Assembly: GCA_036337435.1 (NCBI GenBank)
Contig: JAYZEG010000025.1
Location: 1-53,248 of the forward strand
Direction of reading: 5' to 3'
From: Myxococcota bacterium
Lineage (GTDB): Bacteria; Myxococcota_A; Bradymonadia; UBA7976; UBA1532
DNA length: 53,248 nucleotides
Below the pieces are notes generated by a model, which was given only the letters and a program-made list of their open reading frames with translations, made no database searches and had not been told where the DNA came from. Of this stretch, positions 7,925-15,369 are shown one piece after another; position 1 is the first letter of the stretch, and each line of letters opens with the position of its first letter. The position numbers and the translations under genes were made by a program.

Positions 7925-10900
7925 ATGACCATGACACTCTACAAACCTGGAATTCGGGTCGCATTGGTGTTGGCCAGTTGCTTACTACTTTCATGCGATG
8001 ACGGCTCAACCGGTCCTGATGAGCAGAGTGACTCTGGTCAGGCAGGCATGGGTGGTGTCGGCGGCACAGCCGGTGAAGGCGGCACTGGCGGTGAGGGCGG
8101 CACTGGCGGTGTCGCCGGCACGGGCGGTGTTGCTGGAGAGGGTGGAACTGGAGGAAACGCAGGCATGGCCGGTGAAGGTGGCTCTGCAGGTAACGGCGGT
8201 GAAGGTGGAACTGCTGGCGAAGGCGGATCTGGTGGTGAAGGCGGTGAAGGTGGAGCTGCTGGCGAAGGCGGATCTGGTGGTGAAGGTGGAGCTGCTGGCG
8301 AAGGCGGATCTGGTGGTGAAGGCGGTGAAGGCGGAGCTGCTGGCGAAGGCGGAGCTGCTGGAGCTGGTGGTTCCGGTGGCGTTGGAGGTAATGCGGGGAT
8401 TGGTGGTGCCGGAGGCGAGGGCGGCTTCGGCGGCGAGGGCGGCTTCGGCGGCGGGGGCGGTTTCGGCGGCGAGGGCGGCGTGATCATACCTGGCCAAGAT
8501 GTTGAATATGTCTACCCAACGGGCACTCTCATGGACGCCATATTGGCTGATGAAAACCTGCGTACTTTGAGACGAATTATTGAGGCGGCACAACTCGAAA
8601 TGAACTTTGGATCCAACAGCGGCGTCGCAACGATTTTCGCGCCCACAGACCAGGCATTTCTCGAATTTCAGCGGGGTAATGCAGATTATTTTGACGCAAT
8701 TCGCACTGATGAGGACGCCGCTCGCAATTTTATCCAGACGCATTTGGCTCTCGGTAAGCAAACTGTGGGTGCCATGCTTGCCAATGGACGCGTTAGGGTT
8801 TTGTCTGAGCGACTTTTGTCTGTTGTCATTGCTGGCGGTCTACCGAGAGTGGAGAACCAACGAATCGTCGGTGAAACCGTCGTCGCGACCAATGGATTAT
8901 TGCACCGACTGGATGGTGTCATCAGTGTTCCCGAGGCAGCATTGACTGGATCGTGCGCCGACCCAGAGAACGGCGCATTAGGTCAGCACTTAGGCTCGAC
9001 AGTCGGGATCGGTGAGGCGGTCTATCGCACGCGGTTTCAAGAGGCGGGGCTTTATTGCATCGATACCATCGGCTCAGCCTTTGATACTCGTCTGATGGTG
9101 AAGACAAACTGTGGGCCTGATGCCCAGACTGTCGCAGAAAACGACGATATCCAAGCAATGATGGAACTTGATGGTGAAATTATCGAGCGTGGGATTCGTC
9201 AGTTTGATGAATCGCGCCTGGAGTTACAGATACCTGCTGATACATTCTACGATATTGTCGTGACTGGTTTCACCGGTGTTGGCGAGGTCGCCGAGGGTGA
9301 CTTTGTGCTCAACATTGAGCCCGGTCCCTGTCCACCGATTACGTCCATCGACTACCTTGCACGTCAGGGCAATTACCTCATCTTCCTTGACCTCTTGACT
9401 CGGTTTGACCTGATTGACAGCTTGGATGGTGCCCAGGAGTACACGGTGTTGGCACCGACGGATAATGCATTCTATGAACTAGAGTCAGATGCGCCAGGTA
9501 GTCTTGCTGAACTCGCGCTTGACGGAAATGAAATGGTCGACACACTCAACTACCATCTGCTGACCAATAAGCGTCTGTTAAGTAATCTGGTTGAGGTCGG
9601 CCGCTTGGCCACTCTCGAGTCAGCGTTTGTTGAGGTCATTGAACGAAATTCAGAGATTTATGTGAATGGTGCTCTGGTTGTCGAGCCAAACGGCGTCGTG
9701 GATAACGGTGTTATACATGCTCTGGAGAATGTTCTGAGCTTGCCTCAGGGTTGTGAAGCTGCAGCTGATTGCGACGACGGTCTTGTTTGTAATGAAGGGC
9801 AATGTCAGCCTCCGGAACCACCTGGTAGTATTCTGCAGGAGTTGCAAGAGCGTGCAGATTATTCCAACTTCGTCCGAATGATCGAGGCTGCTGAGCTGAC
9901 GGCTCTATTTGACCAGGTTGCACCTATCACAGTTTTTGCACCGACAAACGACGCATTTGATGATGGACAGTTGGATGCAATACTGGCTAACGGAGACGGG
10001 CTTTATGATTTGCTCGTTTATCATGTCGTTCTCGAGTTATTACAGTCCGCTGAGCTCTCGTTAGTGGATGAAGTTGAAACAGAGCTCGGTCGACGTCTGT
10101 CCGTTGCCATTGGGCCTGATAATGGACTCATTGTTGGTGGCGTACCCGTTGAGTCGGCGGACAACATCGCCTTCAACGGTGTGTTTCATGAAATCGATGA
10201 TTTACTCACTCCACCGGCGGCGCTCAACGCATGCGCGGAGGCAGCTGAGGCTGTTGTTCCGGGCCTCTACGTTGGGAATACGGCGGATGGGGGTTCTGTG
10301 TACGGAGCGAGTTGCGGTTTCGGTGCGGATGGACCCGAGTCGGTTTATCGTCTCCGGGTTGAGACCGATACAAGGCTTTGCGCCGATACAGTCACTGAAG
10401 CGCTTCCAGCGGACGCAAACGTTTTCGATACAGCCATCTATGTTCGAGAAGGCGATTGCAGCGATCCTTTGGCCGAGATCGATTGCAATGACGATTGTGC
10501 CGGAGCGGAATGCCTATTTGGTGGCGACGCCGCATTTCGCTCCGAACTGACCATTGAGGCCCAAGCCGGAACTGATTATTACATCTTTGTCGATGGGGTT
10601 TTCGGTGATTCTGGCGACTATGCGTTGACCCTCAGCGAGGGTGGTTGCAACGAAGAACTCCCAGCGGAGAATTTGTTGCAGACTCTAAGGGCGAGTCAGG
10701 AGTTTGCGACTTTCGTGCAAGCACTCGAAACCACCGGTCTGACGGGATTGCTTGAAGGCAATGACCAGCATACGGTTTTTGCAGCAACCAATGATGCATT
10801 TGCAGCATTAGGCCAAGATGTGCTCGACGACTTGCTTGCAGACCAACAGAGATTGCGAACCATCATTTTAGGCCACATTGTTTTTGGGCGCGTTGCCAGC

Positions 10901-11569
10901 CGCCATCTCGAAGGACGGTCCGAATTCATGACATTGGCTGATACTCCCCTCTACTCTGATTCACGCGGTGGCGCGTTGATGGTTGGAGGAGCGGCTGTAT
11001 CGAGTGCTGATCTCCAGGCGAGCAATGGCATTATCCACGGTCTGGGTTCAGTCGCTCTGCCGCCTAATCAGTGTCTCGCCAATGATGAGTGTCAGCCCGG
11101 AGAGACTTGTACCGAAACCGGATTTTGTCGTCCTGTGGCTCCGTTAGGTAGCTGCGAGAATCCGTACGAAATCGATGGTTTCGATTGGTATGACGGCAAC
11201 ACGAGTGATCAAATCTCCAATCAATTTGCAGGCTGTGTCGGTGTCGATGATGCCCCTGACCATGTGTATCGGTTGAGGGCGGAAGGCCCATTCGAGCCTT
11301 TTCCCGGGATCGACTTTCCAGTTTGTCTAACAACTTTAGGCACCATGTTTGATACGGTTCTCTACGTACGGGAAGGCGGCTGCGATGGTGCCGAAATCAT
11401 GTGTGGCAACGAAACGGTCCTTCAGGCTAATGGGCAGCAGTTGGTCTATGAACAGGCACAAATTACACTGATGATCCAGCCCGAGACAGAATATCGCATT
11501 TTTGTTGATGGCGATAATGGCGAATCTGGTCCATACACTTTGGGTGTCATCAATGGGGCATGCGATTGA
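7925..11569 (+). CDS. Large lipoprotein adhesin with Gly-rich linker, four fasciclin (FAS1) domains and three PPC-like Cys-containing domains
   Basis: Lipobox LLSC. FAS1 H1 motifs TIFAPTDQAF, TVLAPTDNAF, TVFAPTNDAF and TVFAATNDAF, with H2 motifs of the NGxxHxxD type. Three domains carry FDTxL/IYV-like motifs. Start reassigned from the ORF track's 7745 to ATG 7925 (or 7931). Confidence 0.9.
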   Translation: MTMTLYKPGIRVALVLASCLLLSCDDGSTGPDEQSDSGQAGMGGVGGTAGEGGTGGEGGTGGVAGTGGVAGEGGTGGNAGMAGEGGSAGNGGEGGTAGEGGSGGEGGEGGAAGEGGSGGEGGAAGEGGSGGEGGEGGAAGEGGAAGAGGSGGVGGNAGIGGAGGEGGFGGEGGFGGGGGFGGEGGVIIPGQDVEYVYPTGTLMDAILADENLRTLRRIIEAAQLEMNFGSNSGVATIFAPTDQAFLEFQRGNADYFDAIRTDEDAARNFIQTHLALGKQTVGAMLANGRVRVLSERLLSVVIAGGLPRVENQRIVGETVVATNGLLHRLDGVISVPEAALTGSCADPENGALGQHLGSTVGIGEAVYRTRFQEAGLYCIDTIGSAFDTRLMVKTNCGPDAQTVAENDDIQAMMELDGEIIERGIRQFDESRLELQIPADTFYDIVVTGFTGVGEVAEGDFVLNIEPGPCPPITSIDYLARQGNYLIFLDLLTRFDLIDSLDGAQEYTVLAPTDNAFYELESDAPGSLAELALDGNEMVDTLNYHLLTNKRLLSNLVEVGRLATLESAFVEVIERNSEIYVNGALVVEPNGVVDNGVIHALENVLSLPQGCEAAADCDDGLVCNEGQCQPPEPPGSILQELQERADYSNFVRMIEAAELTALFDQVAPITVFAPTNDAFDDGQLDAILANGDGLYDLLVYHVVLELLQSAELSLVDEVETELGRRLSVAIGPDNGLIVGGVPVESADNIAFNGVFHEIDDLLTPPAALNACAEAAEAVVPGLYVGNTADGGSVYGASCGFGADGPESVYRLRVETDTRLCADTVTEALPADANVFDTAIYVREGDCSDPLAEIDCNDDCAGAECLFGGDAAFRSELTIEAQAGTDYYIFVDGVFGDSGDYALTLSEGGCNEELPAENLLQTLRASQEFATFVQALETTGLTGLLEGNDQHTVFAATNDAFAALGQDVLDDLLADQQRLRTIILGHIVFGRVASRHLEGRSEFMTLADTPLYSDSRGGALMVGGAAVSSADLQASNGIIHGLGSVALPPNQCLANDECQPGETCTETGFCRPVAPLGSCENPYEIDGFDWYDGNTSDQISNQFAGCVGVDDAPDHVYRLRAEGPFEPFPGIDFPVCLTTLGTMFDTVLYVREGGCDGAEIMCGNETVLQANGQQLVYEQAQITLMIQPETEYRIFVDGDNGESGPYTLGVINGACD
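8049..8481 (+). repeat. Gly-rich (GGX)n coding repeat with exact DNA duplications
   Basis: CTGCTGGCGAAGGCGGATCTGGTGGTGAAGG recurs at 8211, 8256 and 8292, offsets of 45 and 36 nt (multiples of 9). Confidence 0.85.
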
Positions 11570-11691
11570 AACCGAATGCACGACTCGGATTTATTTGAAC
11601 GTCGGAAGAATTTAATCCAGATTTGAGCGTCAAAGGCGCCGTTCTAATCAGTCGCTTGGCCGCTGGTACTTTTTTGGGAGGCGAATATCAC

Positions 11692-12285
11692 ATGAGGGGT
11701 CTGGTTTTTTTTGCGCTTTTTGTTGTCTCCGCAGCACAAGCAAAACCTAATTTCACCCCGTCCGAAGAGCAGCGCCTCCTCGATGGTAAATTCGTTTTGA
11801 ACAAATTAAACCCAACGGGTGGAGCAGGTGTCGCATTTGTCGCTTTTTCCCTCGTAAAATTGCCTGTCGAGCAGATCTGGCCTGTTGTTCGAGACTGCCA
11901 ATATTTCAAAGATTTCATGCCGCGAACAAAGACCAGTGAGCTTCGCGAAAGAAAAGGCAAGACTGCAATTTGCTATGTCGAGGTGAGCATGCCGTTCCCC
12001 TTCAAGAACTTATGGTCCACGGTTAGATCTGTCGAATCTCATGATCAGCAGGGCAGTTATACCCGGAGCTGGACCCTGATCGACGGAACCTATGAACGGA
12101 ATACTGGCCGATGGACCGTGTCGCGTTGGAAGGGGCAAAAGAATACGTCATTGCTGACATACGAGGTCGATGTTAATCCGAATGTTGCATTGCCATCATT
12201 CATAATTCAGAAGGCCCAAACGGGGACTCTGCCTGGCTTATTCGATGCCGTGCGCGACCGTGCGCGTAAACAAACGATGCCCTAG
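11692..12285 (+). CDS. Secreted SRPBCC/START-superfamily (polyketide cyclase-like) ligand-binding protein
   Basis: GGAGG RBS before ATG 11692 and signal peptide (…SAAQA|K). Motifs IWPVVRD…FMP and GRW…LTYEVDVNP…LP. Confidence 0.75.
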   Translation: MRGLVFFALFVVSAAQAKPNFTPSEEQRLLDGKFVLNKLNPTGGAGVAFVAFSLVKLPVEQIWPVVRDCQYFKDFMPRTKTSELRERKGKTAICYVEVSMPFPFKNLWSTVRSVESHDQQGSYTRSWTLIDGTYERNTGRWTVSRWKGQKNTSLLTYEVDVNPNVALPSFIIQKAQTGTLPGLFDAVRDRARKQTMP

Positions 12286-12369
12286 TGGCTCAATGCCATC
12301 GTTTTTTATGTGCGGTTAGGGCGATTGGTCTTCGGTCATTTGCCTTTGTAATCAAGGGCCAGATTGAGG

Positions 12370-12398
12370 CAGACATCAAACCAATAAGCGCGTACTAT
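12370..12398 (+). promoter_or_regulatory. Candidate sigma70 promoter for the SGNH hydrolase
   Basis: CAGACA-17bp-TACTAT, 32 nt upstream of the GTG start. Confidence 0.35.
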
Positions 12399-12430
12399 GA
12401 GGCGGATACAATGGTCGCAAGGGGCAAGGT

Positions 12431-13669
12431 GTGGCGGTTTTTAGACACGGTCTAATCTCGATCTTCGTCGTTACTGTGGCCTGCTCTTTGGGCTGTGAAG
12501 ACCCAAATGGGGGTCAAGATATCCTCATCTTTGATTTCGATGGGTCTGTAGACATGGAAACGGACCTTTCTTTTGTAATTGATCAAGGGCGCAGCGAATT
12601 ATTGGGTGATGCTGTCCTACCGACGAATGGCGAATGCGCGCCGCCGCCGGGTGGTGCATTTGTCCATGGTCGAGCCTATGTCGACCTGAACAGAAGTGAT
12701 CGCAGCATATACACTGAGGGTCCGGATGAGTCCGATGAGCCTTTGGAGCCGAAATTAAATCTGGTCGGGCTTGAAAGTTCTGCTGTCGATATCAAAACAT
12801 GCGCGGACGGGACTTATCAAATTGGACCCCTGGGCGCTGGCACTTACTTAGTACAACACGAAGTGGAGCCAGGTAGTCGCTGCACGACGTCAAATTGTCC
12901 AGGTCGTTTCAGCCGAAAGGTCGCAGCAGGGGAAACGCCCGTTATGCTCACCTTTGGAGACAGCATTGCGGTCATTGGCGATAGACCCCTGTTTCCTGAC
13001 CGAGTGAAAGCCTTATTTTCAGGGTTGACGGACATCGACAGTCGAAACGTGGCTGTTGGAGGCAGCACGTCTCGGGATTGGCTGCCAGATGGTCCCTATT
13101 TTGAAAGGCGACTGGGGAGTGAACTCGCTGAAGCCGATCTAATCATTATAACCATCGGCGGCAATGACCTCCTGGGCTATGTCAGTCGAAGTGGAATTCC
13201 AAATGATATCCCGGCCGCTCTCGATGGGGCACGTGACGTTGTCTTGCAGGTGATCGACAATGTAACTCAAATTCTCGATGCGATTAGGGCTGTCAATCCA
13301 GATGCTGACATTGCGTATTGTCTCTATGCCGACTACAGCCAAGCAACCGAAGATTTGGTTTGGGGGCTTATCGGCAGCATCTTGGGGTCTGATGCTGTTG
13401 GCGAGGTTCTCAGACTCGCCCGTGAACAATTCCCAACAGATGATCCCAATATCATCCTCGTCGATATGTTTGGTGCGGCGCAAGGTTTACCGCTTCATGA
13501 CTATTTGTACGATGAACTCCATTTTAATGACCTCGGTCATACCCTCTATGCGGAAGAGATTTTTGAAACCTTGGGCGGCGTATTGCTTGGCCCAAACCCA
13601 CTCGGAGAGACGGGGACCTCGCCCCTTGGATTGAGGCGCAATTACGGTGTGTCCCCATCGCTGCAGTAA
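12431..13669 (+). CDS. Lipoprotein with SdrD/Cna-B-like domain fused to an SGNH/GDSL hydrolase
   Basis: Lipobox SLGC. HGRAYVD…DGTY…GTYLV resembles a B-repeat. SGNH blocks FGDSI, AVGG, TIGGND and DELHF. Confidence 0.85.
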   Translation: MAVFRHGLISIFVVTVACSLGCEDPNGGQDILIFDFDGSVDMETDLSFVIDQGRSELLGDAVLPTNGECAPPPGGAFVHGRAYVDLNRSDRSIYTEGPDESDEPLEPKLNLVGLESSAVDIKTCADGTYQIGPLGAGTYLVQHEVEPGSRCTTSNCPGRFSRKVAAGETPVMLTFGDSIAVIGDRPLFPDRVKALFSGLTDIDSRNVAVGGSTSRDWLPDGPYFERRLGSELAEADLIIITIGGNDLLGYVSRSGIPNDIPAALDGARDVVLQVIDNVTQILDAIRAVNPDADIAYCLYADYSQATEDLVWGLIGSILGSDAVGEVLRLAREQFPTDDPNIILVDMFGAAQGLPLHDYLYDELHFNDLGHTLYAEEIFETLGGVLLGPNPLGETGTSPLGLRRNYGVSPSLQ

Positions 13670-14865
13670 ATGATTCCAGTGTTCACAAAGTCTTCAATCT
13701 GACTGCTCGACCAGCCATGTTCGTCAAGGATGGCACGAGAATGCTGGCCTAATTCAGGCGGTGGTAGCCGCATGCTCCCGGGGGTGTCCGTCAGAAAATA
13801 TGGAGTACCCGTGAGTTTGATTTGACCTGCTTTCGGATGTTGCATCACAGGAAGCATACCTCGCGCTTGAAGCTGTGCATGGGTGAGCACTTGGTCAAGC
13901 GTGAGAACAGGGCCTGCGGGAATGCCGGCGTTGGTCAGCATTTCGACCCAAAAAGAGACCGTGTGTCTTCCGAGAGCCGTGTTGAGCTCTGAGTCCAGCA
14001 AATCGACATTCGCGACCCGTGCTTGGTTTGTTTTGAATCGCTCGTCATCCTTCAGGTCGAGCCGGCCGAGAGATTGACAAAAAAGAGACCATAATTTTTC
14101 GTTTGCGACGGCGATATTGAGCCAACCATCGCTCGCCTCATAGGTGCTGTATGGCGCGATAGACAAATGGCGATTACCCAGTCTCGGCGGAACCTTGCCG
14201 GTGTTTAAGAACGCTGTTGCGAGGTAGGTCAGTAAACTGACCTGTCCATCGAACATGCTCGTATCGACTTTTTGTCCAAGGCCTGTTTTGCTTCTGGCGA
14301 ACAAAGCCAAGAGAATCCCTGTAAATGCATTCATGCCAGCGACGACATCCGCAATGGATGCCCCGACCTTGGACGGAGGGCCGTCTGTTATGCCGGTGAT
14401 GCTGGGAATGCCACCCATACCCTGTAAAATCAAATCATAGCCTGGGCGACGACTCCATTCGGGCGCGCCCGAATGTCCAAAGGCACTGATAGAACAGTAG
14501 ATGAGTTTAGAGTTTTTTTGCTTACAGGCCTCATAGTCGAAACCCAACCGGTCGAGTGTACCCGGCCTAAAGTTCTCCAGTAGAACATCAGCATCAGAAA
14601 TGAGTGACCAAAGGATATCTTTTCCGTTCTGAGACTTCAGGTCTATGGCAATCGAGCGTTTGTTCCGATTGATGGCCAAGTAATAGGTTGAGACATCATT
14701 GATGAATGGTGGACCGAACCGCCGGGTATCGTCACCACCGTCTGGCCGCTCCACCTTGATGACGTCAGCACCCATATCACCGAGATTCATCGAACAGAAT
14801 GGACCTGCGAGGACTCGAGAAAGGTCGACGATCTTGAGTCCACTTAACGGACCGTTTGAAAGCAT
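13642..14865 (-). CDS. CoA-transferase family III (CaiB/BaiF)
   Basis: DLSRVLAGP, GADVIKVE, NRNKRSI, ENFRPG, IAD (catalytic Asp region) and PPELGQHS. Confidence 0.95.
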   Translation of the reverse strand: MLSNGPLSGLKIVDLSRVLAGPFCSMNLGDMGADVIKVERPDGGDDTRRFGPPFINDVSTYYLAINRNKRSIAIDLKSQNGKDILWSLISDADVLLENFRPGTLDRLGFDYEACKQKNSKLIYCSISAFGHSGAPEWSRRPGYDLILQGMGGIPSITGITDGPPSKVGASIADVVAGMNAFTGILLALFARSKTGLGQKVDTSMFDGQVSLLTYLATAFLNTGKVPPRLGNRHLSIAPYSTYEASDGWLNIAVANEKLWSLFCQSLGRLDLKDDERFKTNQARVANVDLLDSELNTALGRHTVSFWVEMLTNAGIPAGPVLTLDQVLTHAQLQARGMLPVMQHPKAGQIKLTGTPYFLTDTPGSMRLPPPELGQHSRAILDEHGWSSSQIEDFVNTGIIYCSDGDTP

Positions 14866-14988
14866 GGCATTGGCTCCAGTCCTATATTGCCTCGATGCAA
14901 TATAGTGCTGGAATCCGCTTCATGTATCCAGCTACAATTCTTGAGCATCAAGGATTTCGTTAATTCATTGAAGTGGTTAAACTGACGC

Positions 14989-15369
14989 ATGTTGCAAAAA
15001 CCCAATGATCTGCACCCGACAACGTGGCAAATTTTGCAGGCGCTTCGCAGTGGGATACACCTGTCAAGGAATCGACACTTTCAACTCTTCCGCGATCCCA
15101 ATGCGCGTCGAGGACTCAAGTTGTATCGGTACCTGCAATCGGTGATTAGAGATGTTCGCCAGTACGCTCATGAGTTGTCTGTGCATGAAGTCGTTGATGG
15201 CAACCAAGCCGGCGCTTACGCGCTTCGACTGACCTTTCCAATGATTCATGGTCATCGGATCGCCTATCTCAGGGAAACGGAGCTGACCTTATTGGCTCAG
15301 GATGCACCTGAGATTGCTGAGATGCTTCTCGAAGCGCCGCTATCGGCGGCTTGTTCGCAACCTAGCTAG
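14989..15369 (+). CDS. Hypothetical protein (126 aa)
   Basis: Only sensible ORF between two minus-strand genes. Globular composition, with the motif LSRNRHFQLF. Confidence 0.65.
   Translation: MLQKPNDLHPTTWQILQALRSGIHLSRNRHFQLFRDPNARRGLKLYRYLQSVIRDVRQYAHELSVHEVVDGNQAGAYALRLTFPMIHGHRIAYLRETELTLLAQDAPEIAEMLLEAPLSAACSQPS

Noticed and set aside
8200..8360. Regularly spaced DNA repeats considered as a CRISPR array
   Set aside because: Repeats are in-frame coding units with no unique spacers, and no cas genes are present.
8038..8487. 149-aa Pro-rich (extensin-like) ORF on the minus strand, plus Ala/Val- and Ser/Thr-rich alternative frames
   Set aside because: These are antisense and frame shadows of the Gly-rich linker: GGN codons read as CCN on the other strand and lack stops.
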